Origin: Octopus vulgaris | Taxonomy: Eukaryota | Reading direction: 5' to 3' | Length of the DNA stretch: 64,000 bases | Assembly (NCBI GenBank): GCA_951406725.2 | Contig: OX597819.1 | Coordinates: 87,854,001 to 87,918,000 of the forward strand | Part shown: positions 41,362 through 53,054 of the stretch, piece by piece | Numbering within the stretch: position 1 is the stretch's first letter | Layout of the letters: each line of letters opens with the position of its first letter | Notes under the pieces: model-generated | Told to the model about the DNA's origin: nothing | The model's input: only the letters and a program-made list of their open reading frames with translations | The model's database searches: none | Program-made: the position numbers and the translations under genes

Positions 41362-42425
41362 AATAAAATATATGCATATATATAAACATATATGTACGTA
41401 CCTACCTCTACATGTACATATACACGCATATATGTGTACAGGACACCAAAAAGACGTCGAACACATAGAGAGACGAAAAACATAGACACAAACCAAGGAA
41501 CAAGACAGGCAAAAAACAGGAGATACAGGACAATAAGCACAACGAAAAATCCCCTTCTTCAGTCGCTAAAGTTTCATCTACTAAACGTTTCGAAGGATAA
41601 AAGCGAGACGTATACTTCGAATGAAAAATTCCTTCCTGCGAAAAGCAAATCAATTAAAATTCTGAGATCTTATCGCAGAGGGGTAAAAAAAGCAAGACGG
41701 TAACGACAGTACAAACATATAAACAGTAAAAAATATATATATAAACAGTGGAAAAATAAATATATAACAGTGAGAGACAGGACAAGGAGAACAAGATAAG
41801 AAGGGCTGTTAACGCCAGACGAAAAAAGTATTGCAAACGCTGGATTATAGTGGACGACGAGAGAGGAAGATGTCGACCAGTGGCCTTAGAAGGCGGGCGA
41901 GAAAGGACGGGATAGCAGTTACGACGGAAGTACGTCGCAGATGGACGACGGGAATGGGGAAGGAGGAGCAAGAGGAAGAGAGAGAAGAAGGGGAATGGTG
42001 CGAGGAGACCATGAAGAACAGTGAGGGGGAGAGAGAGAGGAAGAGACAAGTTAAGTGAGGGAAAAAAGACGAAAAAGGGAATGGGAGAGAAAGAAAGAAA
42101 GATGCAGAGTCGCGTGAGAGTTAATATCAAGGCGAACTTGATAAACAGAACAATCTTACTTAATAGGGTGCGTGCGTTTAGTCGTATAATATGTTAATAA
42201 AATATATGCATATATATAAACATATATGTACGTACCTACCTGTACATGTACATATACACGCATATATGTGTACAGGACACCAAAAAGACGTCGAACACAT
42301 AGAGAGACGAAAAACATAGACACAAACCAAGGAACAAGACAGGCAAAAAAACAGGAGATACAGGACAATAAGCACAACGAAAAATCCCCTTCTTCAGTCG
42401 CTAAAGTTTCATCTACTAAACGTTT
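41355..42425 (-). mobile_element. Non-coding retrozyme/PLE-like partial tandem element inserted in (TA)n
   Basis: Near-identical ~237-bp direct repeats at 41355-41590 and 42189-42425 (period ~835). (TA)n lies on both sides. No credible ORF; carries HHR core segments. Confidence 0.7.
41549..41614 (-). ncRNA. Candidate non-circularly permuted hammerhead ribozyme
   Basis: Minus strand reads uauACG-UC-UCGCU-uuu-AUCCUU-C-GAAA-CGUuua-guagaugaaacuuu-AGCGA-CUGAAGA-A-GGGGAU. Stem I UCGCU/AGCGA, stem II GGGGAU/AUCCUU, stem III ACGU/ACGU, canonical GUC triplet. Confidence 0.6.
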
Positions 42426-42831
42426 ATATATATATATATCGCCGCACGTTAGGCTTTTGACCCTAGTATTGTACTTTTCGCCGTTAACAACTGCTGAAAT
42501 TAAACGGCGGGCATTTTGAACTGGCCATGATGCATACGTGCATATACATGTAGGTATACGTTCGTATATGTAAGTATTCGTATGTTGTACTTATATATAT
42601 ATGTGTTTATGTTTCTCTTCTGTGTGTATTCTACTGACGTGGAAAAGCATTACTAAATGCAAAGTCAGAAATCCGGGATCTAGAATTATCCAGTAATTTT
42701 TTACTAATTTCATTTTGCCTCTTTGTTTTTCTCCGTTTTGATATATGGACAATTAAGGTGGTTTTAGAGTCAGATCATAGCTGCTATTTTCAGCATGGTG
42801 GTATCTCGTAGATACCCTAATTTATAATTAT

Positions 42832-42881
<50 letters not shown>

Positions 42882-42894
42882 TGGGGGGGGGGGG

Positions 42895-43175
42895 GGTGCA
42901 ATGGCCCAGTGGTTAGGGCAGCGGACTCGCGGTCGTAGGATCGCGGCTTCGATTCCCAGACCAGGCGTTGTGAGTTTATTGAGCGAAAACACCTAAAAGG
43001 TCCACGAGGCTCCGGCAGGGGATGGTGATCCCTGCTGTACTCTTTCACCACTTTTCTCCCACTCTTTCTTCTGTTGGCCTGCTCGCTTAGCCAGCGGGGT
43101 GGCGTCATTCGAAGACTAAAACAATGCGAACGCATTGTGACCAGCGATCTGATGGACTGGTCGGTCACGTGATCA
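42895..43175 (+). mobile_element. tRNA-derived SINE family C
   Basis: Head GCAATGGCCCAGTGGTTAGGGCAGCGGACTCGCGGTCGTAGGATCGCGGCTTCGATTCCC has A/B boxes. A second copy lies at 57151-57620. Confidence 0.85.
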
Positions 43176-43405
43176 CTTGATATACACATATACACGACTG
43201 GCTTCCACACAGTTTCAGTCTATCAAATTCACTCACAAAGAAATGGTCGGCCTAGGCCGTGTGTGTACGCAAGTATACATACACACATACATAGTCCCAG
43301 ATATCGTGATCATTTGTATCGTATGAATTAAAGAGTTGCATTATCTCCTCAAGTTAAGCCATACTTTGCTTCAGATGGGTTGGTACATATCTTGTTGCTC
43401 TAATA

Positions 43406-43502
<97 letters not shown>

Positions 43503-43540
43503 CACACACACACACACATATATATATACATATATATCCA

Positions 43541-43543
43541 ATG

Positions 43544-43609
<66 letters not shown>

Positions 43610-43644
43610 GTAATAATAAAAATAATATTAATAATGATGATGAC

Positions 43645-43709
<65 letters not shown>

Positions 43710-44361
43710 CAACATTGATGCAAATAGTGATAATAACAATACCAATAATATAGGTACTATAGATAAAAGTATGGTAGGTGATGATGGTGAGGATGGATTA
43801 ATAACTAGTAACCCTAATTTGCATAACAACGTGATTACTAATAATGAAAGTAATACTAATACTAATAATAATTTAAATAACAGTAATGTAAGTGAACTGT
43901 TCTTAAATAATTCCAGTACCGGACACTATCCCCCCAGTTGTAATTGTAGGATTAGATCAAAATGTCCGGTATCTGGTCGTTGTTCGGTCCAAAACGTAAT
44001 TTATAAATGCACGATAATAACTTCTAGCAATAGCTTTCTTTATTTCGGATGTTCGGTGGATCTTAAAAGACGTCTTAACAATCATTTTTCCTCTTTTAGG
44101 CTCAAACATAAGGCAGGTTGCACAACGCTATCTAGCAAAATTTGGGAACTAAAAACAAATAATATAGAATTCAACCTAAAATGGGAAATAGTTAGAAGGG
44201 CGCAACCTTATAGAAATAGTAGGGATGGTTGTCAACTTTGTTCTATGGAAACTTATGAAATTTTAAAACATCAGAGTAATACAAATCTGTTGAATAACCG
44301 TCTGGAGTTGGGAGAATTTTGTATACATTGCACAACCCGAACGTTTAAATACTTTAAATAA
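43541..44361 (+). CDS. Uninterrupted Penelope-type GIY-YIG endonuclease ORF with poly-Asn linker (RT absent, 5' truncated)
   Basis: CNCR..KCPVSGRC..QNVIYKC..LYFGCS.DLKRRLNNHFSSF..TTLSSKIWELK..LKWEIV..CQLC..E..LLNNR.E..CIH. The N-terminus is encoded by (AAT)n. The annotated upstream start lies in microsatellite. Confidence 0.88.
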
Positions 44362-44930
44362 TAATTTTGTGAGTATTCCTATATTTTTCAAATTTTAATT
44401 CTTTATAATCAAATAAGAAGAAATATACAATACTAGCTTTCAATTTCACATTCATAGATGACTAAAAAAACTTCACTGCAAACTTGAAATTGGAATTTTT
44501 TTCTAAAATTAATAAGGCTTTCCCCAGTTAAAAAATACTATGCGTACTCATGATAATAAGTGATAGGTTTTTTCCCCCTTTTTTTCTCTAAATTACACTC
44601 TCTGTGAATGAAATTAGGACCATTTGACATTGACTTAGTTTCTCTAATCAAATAGCAGTAATTGGCATTTATTAGTGGTAATTGCTGTCTTCAACATGAA
44701 TTCCTTTTATGGAGTTCTGAAACCTCCTTTACCCCATTTCTACAATTAAAAATCTTTATTGCTTCTAACCTTACAGCAGTTAGGAACAACCATATCTTAG
44801 TCAGTCAGTGGAAGGACTTCACTACCTCATATGTTCTTAAAATTTAAATCCACATCTTTGTCTGTATATCTACCTTCTCTATAATGTTGCCACTTGATTT
44901 GAAAATTTTTGTATTAATGGAAAACCTCTA

Positions 44931-45023
44931 TAATTGGCTGATGAGTACTCAGCATCTTAAATCTGTTGAAATACTTACAACATTTAATAAAATGATGTAG
45001 TACGAAACGATCGTACCAAATTA
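44931..45023 (+). ncRNA. Type I hammerhead ribozyme in the pLTR downstream of the GIY-YIG ORF
   Basis: UUGG-CUGAUGA-GUACU...AGUAC-GAAA-CGAUCG-UA-CCAA. The core is perfect with a G10.1-C11.1 pair. Stem II is extended (CAUC/GAUG, UUAAA/UUUAA, UGUUG/CAACA) and stem III is the palindrome ACGAUCGU. Confidence 0.9.
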
Positions 45024-45155
45024 CCGGAGTCATTCTTGTTGCTTATTTTGATTATAATCACCCCACGGATTTTTATGGATAACACCATACAAAATTCTGG
45101 TGCATCTAAATTAAGTACCATATTCATTTGAATCTAAATTTTTGCCGAACTTATA

Positions 45156-46800
45156 TCTCTTATTATAAAAGGCAGATTTTATCTGCCTCCCTTTGTCAGT
45201 TATAGAAATCTACAATATAGGATTTCTTCAATTACAATTTACCTAGCATTTTTAAGAGTAGAATGCATCGGGTTTTGCCAGGTCCACTTTTTAAAATTTC
45301 AACCCCAATTAAGCAAAATTTAGAGAAAACTCACATTGTGGTGTATGAGTCAAATGCTTCTCTTAGTGTGGTCTACAACACACGCACACGCACACACACA
45401 GTGTGCAACGAATAATGTGAAAGTAATTCACTGTGTGTGTGTTGACAGGTAGACAATAGAATGCGATGGCGATGGCGATGTAATATTTGTTTCTGTCTAT
45501 GACGCTGATAGATACATGAGTAAAATGTATGGGAAGCTAAGAGATAAGAGTGAGTGAAAATGTTCTTGGAAGAGAGTAAATAGCGAGAGAGTGATTTGAG
45601 GAAGACTTTACATTAAATAACCGTAGTGGCTTGTCAAATGAAGAGGAGTGAAAGGGTACTGGAGGAAATAGGGTGAGTGAGGAAGATGGCCCCTAGCAAC
45701 CACACCTTTTAAGATAGGGATTTCTAAGGTAGCCCACGAGCATCGTCACCTCATTCTACATGTCCCTGTAAATTTTGGAGCGAATCGGACGGGATAAAGT
45801 TATCTCTAAGAAACAGAAAGATCGCCCAAAAGTGTATATAGATATTTAAATGTATTTATATATTCATCTATACACACATGTATGTATAATGTGCGTGCAT
45901 ATATTTCCATAGAGGTAACCATTCAATCCATACAAAGTTTTTTAGGACGAAAATATTTATATATAAAAGAAAGGTTGTGTGTCTGTCTACTCCGATTTAG
46001 ATTCCTAACTACTCCCACATTTTGCGATGCAGTTTAACCAAAACCAGGTATCTTATAGTCGTGATTCATATCGAGCCCTTCTGGGTATTAGCGCGCGCCT
46101 ACGATGAGTCTATGATTTTACAAATAATTTACCATCATTTTTTTCCATTTTAATGCATATTTTTTTTAATAAAGGGAAGTAACTCTCAAACTTCACACCA
46201 ATATGCGTGCTCATATGCGACGTAATATCACATCAGCAGCATTTCCTCACACCCTCCTTGCACTTGGCGAAGGCAAAATACCAGGGGATGAAAATGGTAA
46301 TATTGCCATCGATTCCATTTGTAACATTGTTAAGACGCCTTCTGATCTCAGAGATGCAGTGTTCCCAGATCTACAAGCTAATTATCAGAATATGGATTGG
46401 ATTGGCAAAAAGGCTATACTGGCCCCGAGGAATAAAACTGTTCACCATATTAATGATGAAATGCTAAAACTCATTCCTGGGGAAGTCTATGTATATCAGT
46501 CTATCGATACAACTCCTGACCCAGAGGACGTCATCAACTATCCAATAGAGGTACTCAATTCCTTTGAGCACCCCGGACTACCACCACACTTTCTCAAACT
46601 TAAAGTTGGTGCCCCTATAATGCTCATCAGAAATTTGGTTCCCCCAAAACAATGCAATGGCACACGTTTGATCGTTAAGTCCTTATCTCCCACCGTAAAC
46701 TTATATCAATATTTGCCTGAATAATCATCATAATTCAGTGCAATCATTAACAGTACTTTCAAGCAATTCAGCCCCGAGCAACGCCGGGCAATTCTGCTAG
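45156..46800 (+). mobile_element. Composite Helitron: two 5' ends (45156, ~45954), Pif1 helicase fragment, hairpin-CTAG 3' end
   Basis: ORF 46203-46724 has AILAPRN, GLPPHFLKLKVGAPIMLIRNL and CNGTRL. The 3' hairpin CCCG-AGCAACGC-CGGG is followed by CTAG|T at 46797-46801. Confidence 0.88.
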
Positions 46801-47381
46801 TACATTTATATATACAACAAAGGATGTATGTGTATGTGTGTGTGTAGTACGTATGCATTTCTACAGTTTTCAACCAATTTTCACCAGACTTTATACACAC
46901 ATTACTTATGTGCCAAGGATGGTCATGCACTATAACATTTTTCGCAGAGCTCCCGCGTAAAGCTAGAAAGCGGGCAAAACGGTGTTTTATACGGGTTTTT
47001 CTCTAAAAACGCTTGTAGTTTTCAACCAATTCGCTCCCTTTTCTCTCTATATATATTTTTCGCTTCTTTCTCTTTTTCTCTTGCTTACACATGTTCTTTC
47101 TCACCCTCTGTAATAGTTTCTCTATTTTAGTCTATGTGAGTGCGTGTGTGACAGTTGTACCCAATGTATGATAACAAAATAATTTTGGTATTGACCATAT
47201 AAAAAAAATTACCTACAGGGTCATACAGTGCGCCAGAACCCCAACTACAGGAATTCGTTTCGCTTACCCTTGGTGAACACTTTTGAGATCTCTAAATATG
47301 AATCAAAATACATCCCAGACCCTATTTCCACTATTGGTGGGTATGATTTATCAGCCGATCGTTATATTATTTGATCATCTA

Positions 47382-47749
47382 AGGCGGCGAGCTGGCAGAA
47401 ACGTTAGCACGCCGGGCGAAATGCCTAGCGGTATTTCGTCTGCCGCTACATTCTGAGTTCAAATTCCGCCGAGGTTGACTTTACCTTTCATCCTTTCGGA
47501 GTCGATTAAATAAGTACCAGTTACGCACTGGGGTCGATATAATCGACTTAGTCCGTTTGTCTCTCCTTGTTTGACCTCTCTGTGTTTAGCCCCTTGTGTC
47601 TTTATGTTCTGAGTTCAAACTCCACCGAGGTCGACTTTGCTTTTCATCCTTTAGGGGTCGATAAATTAAGTACCTATTGCGTACTGGAGTCGATCCAATA
47701 GACTGGCCTCTCCCCCAAAATTTCGGGCCTTGTGCCTAGAGAAGAAAAG
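47382..47749 (+). mobile_element. SINE family B (dimeric) with 16-bp TSD
   Basis: GGCGGCGAGCTGGCAGAAACGTTAGC head and B-box GAGTTCAAATTCC; TSD ATTATTTGATCATCTA at 47366-47381 and 47750-47765. Confidence 0.92.
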
Positions 47750-50134
47750 ATTATTTGATCATCTAGATATCATGGTGTTGTTTCTCCCCAGGTCAATTCC
47801 GATCAAGTAGCCCTATGATCAAAAGCTTCCCAGTCATGCATCTAGTCTTGTTTTCAAAGATAACGTATACAGAATTACATTAGCCAATGTGTTTTTCCTT
47901 TATCCTATTAGACAGTAGGTTGTGGTGTGAAGGGGATTTGGTTGTTAGTTCTTATAAGTAGAGAAAGCATGTGTCAGCTATTTTAATATTGATAGTAGTC
48001 TTTAAATGTAATTCTTTGATAGTTTCTATCAATCTGTTTCTATGTTTGTCTAATTGGTAGCCACAGCAAGAGATTATTAAACTTTCGAGAAATAACTTTA
48101 GATTCAAAGACTCACAAACATCTTCCCGATAGAAAACTTAATGGAAAAAGCACCAGACTCGAGGTGGTCACATCGTTTATTAGAAATAGTAGTTCCCTCT
48201 CTTGCAAATCATACTCTACCATTTCGGAAAATGAGAGACACGAAGGGTACATTAAGCAATCTAATTACTGTCCTAGGTTCACAAAAAGAACGGTGAGTCA
48301 TGATTGGAACATTTTTACTTATAGATCTACTCAACCAGCATTTATCTGGGCAAAATATTGGCAAAATACATTAACATACATTCTTCGCATAGTTATATAT
48401 TTTAAAAAAATCTTAGCGAGTTACATTAACAGATGAATTTCAAACATGTCTTCAAGGCGAAAATTCTTTTTAATAGTATTTTATATCATTAGATGTTACG
48501 TGTAAAAAAGAACGGATTCAAGGGAAAAACTACAATATAGCCAGTATTGTAATATAATAAGAAAAATTGCACAGAAACAGAAATATCATTTGGTTTAAGC
48601 CTTACTACGCACTTAGCTTTGTTTAAATGTCATAAAATATTGCTGAAAGCTTTTTATATCTTATAAGCAACATTTTCCACACAACTACTTTTATGGGACC
48701 CAAAATGTTGTTCCAGCAATTGAGGTGGTGTTGCTGCTATATGTACAAGTATCTTAGATCGCATCTAAAAATAAAAGGTCATTCAACTGATTGGTGTGAC
48801 GTCGTTCACAAACACTCCAACTACTGGTTCTATGTTTTTTTTTCCTACTGCTACTACATGGGCTTTTCCTACTCTTACTACATACTGATCGCAACATTCA
48901 GCCAAACATCACCGACTTACTCGTCTCTATTCCTTTCTACATCCAGACTCCGTATTAATGACTCTGCTTAGTCCTTCTACCCCAAAACATCGGCGTTCTA
49001 AAATTCATTCCACGCACACGTTTTCCTACACCCGTCAACTTGCAACTGTTCGAGAAGAGCGTGAACAGCATAAATACCTCTGATCTCAGCGCGCCTTCAG
49101 GTCATGGTCTCAGCCCTCGTTATCGTGGCCAATACACTAAAAATTAAAATAAACTCTTCAATGAACATAACATCGAAGTCAGCTAGAGTCGTATCCAAAA
49201 ATTTGGATTCTGACATAGTTAGAATCAATAACAAAATAAATCCTCGAATATGAATATCGTAAACCATCACCTTACTCCAATAGTAATACCATAACATTCT
49301 ATCATCTTGATGGTATGTTTCTCACAAAAGCATTTGCATAGTGTGAAGGTAATCTTCAAAGCGGTACTGAAAAAAGTTACATTAGCTTCACTGAGAACAC
49401 ATTCAAGTATAAGTTTACTCATTACCTACAGCCTTTCAGACATATCGATAAACGAAATACAAGTTCAATATGAGTTCTGTCATCAAAGTTCCTAAAGCTT
49501 TGCCTTCTTATTCTTTGCACAAAGTGCTGTTAGCAAATGTTGCTACCGTTTATAGTAAGTAGGAATAAGAATTTTGGAGCATTAAATTTACGAACCATCA
49601 GTCAGGATTTATTTGTAATTACAGTTTAGTTGTGGTTATTTTAGTATTCCATCCTACAGTAACAGTAACACACGTAGACATACATTTATTAACAGGAATT
49701 AAAAACATTGAGTGGATTGTAAGTACGCATGCTCGTAAAGAAACAAACGCAGTTATATATGCAACTTGGTAGATATACATATTATTATTTTATAGTTGTA
49801 CATATATGCATATATACATACACACATATCTATACAATTATATATATACACATATAACTGTATATTTTGATAGCTAATTTTCTTTTTTAGACGTAGAATT
49901 TTTAAGAAATTAGTGACCCTAACGCTCGTTAACCAGTATAATGATGATTTTTCCTAAAGCCAAGATATCTGGTACTCTTCCTTCTAGATATGAATTTTTT
50001 GAAAACAAAACTTTATTAACGTTATATTGTATTCAAACCTTTTGAGTCTCTTATATATCATTGATTCAGAATTTTTAAAAGTTTTATTTGGCAAGTAGCA
50101 ATGATTCGTATGAAAGCTGTCAATCATTTGAGAA

Positions 50135-50709
50135 TTATTTCGTCGTTACACATACCAGTTTGTTGATACTACTTACAAGCTGGCTTAATACTTGAAAATT
50201 TGGGCTCATGAACACATTTTGAGGTGACGATGCTATTTTAAATAGCTCGTTCGTGTCAACAGCACTACTGACTCCAATGGCGAATACTTCAACGTTCAAT
50301 GCGTGTAGTTTTCTGGCTGCAATTTGAGTTTCAAACGGCTTTTGTGAAGCACCATCGGTAACAACGATCAACACATGCTTTACATTTGGTCGCGCCCCAA
50401 ATGCCGTACTGAAACCATCCTTTTGAACAGCATCTAAAACTAAATCAGTGTTTGTTTGACCGTGTACCAGAGATAAGCCCTTCAGCGCATTAATAAAGGA
50501 AAGCTTTTCGTCGTCTATACCCAGTGGAAGTTCTAACTTTGGAAAATCAGAGAAAGTATATATTCCGACCTGGGTACCGTTTTGACCGAATACAATTGTT
50601 TGAAGAACGAAGTCCGACACAAATTTCGTCATATCTGTAAACTTTGACACGTCTATGCTCGTAGAAGTATCCAAAGCAAAAATGACATCTTTTGGAATTA
50701 CGTTGCAAG
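50135..50709 (-). CDS. Terminal coding exon, von Willebrand factor A domain (matrilin/collagen VI-like ECM protein)
   Basis: Acceptor TTCCTTTCTAG| at 50710, phase 1. Translation CNVIPKDVIFALDTSTS (MIDAS DxSxS)..QVGIYTFS..GQTNT..GARPNVKHVLIVVTDG..VFAIGV..ELFKIAS..C, stop TAA. AATAAA signals follow downstream (~50085, ~50015). Confidence 0.92.
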
Positions 50710-51575
50710 CTAGAAAGGAAATAATTTGCATTACTGGGAGAATAGAAAAAAAAATTACATAAAGGTACAGCATCGTTTTTTCGGAACCTTCGGTTCCAAA
50801 GCTATTCTGTATTACTGATTTTTCCGAAACAAGGAACAAATATTAAATTTAACTGAAATGATTAAATTTAACTTAAATGATTAAATAAATTACAGGTACC
50901 TGCACATTAGTATAAATGACACAGGTAATACATTATTGTGCAAGGTACTAATTTGTGCAAGACTAGTAGCCGCAGGGTCTTTCTCTTCATGTTCGTGAGT
51001 TATTAGTGTGGATTATTATAAGAGATCCCGGACAATCAGTGTTCGGAAAATCGTTGTTATTCTTATATTTTGCTCTATGAGGTTATTCTAAAAAATCGTA
51101 ATACATAACACACATCGTAGTTTATAATACATATTTCCAATAACTAGTTTTCATTTCTTCAGAACCATTTGTAAGAATTCTGCTCATCACAGAAAATAAT
51201 AGCACATAAGATCAGCTACAACATGAGTTGATGAGAAATCAACTAGCAACACCTTAAATACTGCTGTTCACTAATTAACTTGGAATGTTCTAGAATTTCA
51301 GAAAGCTCTACAATTCATAGCGTATCTGAATGTACACGCAATTCCCAGATGAAATGGGAGTTCCACCTGCATTGGATATAAAAGGTATTACTTCTATATC
51401 GACTTGTGCCTAGTCAAAATAAATCAATAGTTAAAAATAATTATCTATGTGTCATAATGTATACACATTGTCGATAGGCCACTTTCTGCAGTATTTGTCC
51501 CGAGATAACATCCCATCATGGACTTCATGTGTTAGAAACATTAAGTATTCGGGAGAGGCGAAAATTCATTTAGCA

Positions 51576-51981
51576 TAGTGGTTCTCAACTGTGGTCTATA
51601 TGGCCCCTGAGGGTCTATACAAGAATTTGTGGGTCCAAGCTACAAAATAGTAAATTGGGGATCCACAATAGTATTTTAATCTCGGGAATTTTTACCCGCC
51701 CTTGAGAATAGTATTTTAAGGGCCCCTGAAAAGTTTTTGCTTTAGATGCATATATTGGTATGCATTGCAAGAAACAACTAGCTTTCTTTCTCTAACATTT
51801 TACATGGTTCAAACTGCACAAGTTAGAGTGTGGAGAACAAAATAGGAATTTTGGAAGAAGTTTCTATAAAACTAGTTTTTAAACATCGTATGGCTGCGGG
51901 AATTCACTAGAATAAAATAGTAATCAAAGGGATCCGTTGATAAAAAAACAAAAACAAAAAAAAAACGGCTAAGGACCACTA
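51576..51981 (+). mobile_element. Intronic hAT-type MITE with 8-bp TSD, nested in a small foldback MITE
   Basis: TIRs TAGTGGTTCTCAAC / GCTAAGGACCACTA; TSD ATTTAGCA / ATCTAGCA. Confidence 0.82.
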
Positions 51982-52368
51982 ATCTAGCAGTAGCCAGCGA
52001 GAACGCCATTGCATTTCAGCCATTAAAACGGTCCCAAAAGGACAAAATGTGTCTGCCGCTCTCGCTGGTCACTGCTAGGATTAATTTTCCCCTCTCGCTC
52101 TCTCTCCCTCTCCCCTCCTCCTCTCTATCTCACTGATATTTATTGTGTTTTCAACACGAAGGCCATGAGAAATGTTTATCTCAGGATACATACTACAGTA
52201 ACTGGCCTATTGACAGTGTATGATACATAGATGGCTATTTTAATTAAATACTATCTCAATTTCGTATATCGGGAATCAATAACTATAATGTTGGATTTTC
52301 GTAACCTCCCTTCAAAACTTGACACATAGTATATCTCTTATAAAAAGCATTTTACAAAAGTCACTTAC

Positions 52369-52932
52369 TTTTACAAGTAGATTGTTTTATCTGTTGCTGA
52401 AGATTTCCCAAGGCATTAAACTTCGGCACAATGAAGATATCATTCCCCGAGGACGCGATACCTAAAAAGATTCTGGGGTTTAGATTCGTGCCAACACCAA
52501 TGACAATAATTTGGACATGATCCTGAATAAGCTTTTTAGCTTCAAAATTAGCCGATAGCCTATTCGAAATAGCTCCATTGGTTATTATAATAGCTACTTT
52601 ATGAGCCAAACTTCTGGAACCCAGAGACGGACTGAATCCATACTTCTTAACATCTTCTAAAGCTAAATGTAAATTAGACATTCCTCTCAAGCGTTTTATA
52701 TGTGTAATTGTAGTTACTATATCAATTTTGTTATCATGTGAATCAAGATGAAAAATGTTTTGGGTCCCTGTTGCAAATGTCTGTATTCCTATCTGTATTC
52801 CTTGCTTTCCAATGGTTTTAATGCCAAGGACAAAGTTAGTCGCAAATATTAGTTCGTTTTGAAAGTCTTCATCTGTGACAGTGTCTGAAGAATCAAGTAT
52901 GAAGAAAATATCCACTTTGCTGCCCTCACAAC
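52369..52932 (-). CDS. Internal coding exon, VWA domain of the same gene
   Basis: Acceptor TTTATTTTTCAG| at 52933 and donor |GTAAGT at 52368. Length 564 nt, phase 1-1, in frame with the next exon. Translation CEGSKVDIFFILDSSDT..KVAIIITNG..IIVIGVG..IAS..STCK. Confidence 0.92.
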
Positions 52933-53054
52933 CTGAAAAATAAAATAGATAAATAAATAAATAAATAGAAATAAGACAAATAATGCAGGAAACGAACTTT
53001 GATGCTGCCAGCTCTCTTTACTTTTTAATCTATTAAATTCCTTAAATAAATAAT

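Noticed and set aside
42895-42965. tRNA gene-like sequences (also 21586, 47382, 57151)
   Set aside because: They have A/B boxes but no full cloverleaf acceptor stem, and they continue into multi-copy SINE bodies.
43336-43540. N-terminal extension of the 341-aa ORF
   Set aside because: The start is non-ATG and the frame runs through (TATC)n/(CA)n; it is open by chance.
50710-50839. Hydrophobic, signal-peptide-like N-terminus of ORF 50135-50839
   Set aside because: It lies upstream of a good phase-1 splice acceptor in frame with the 52369 donor, so it is most likely intronic read-through.
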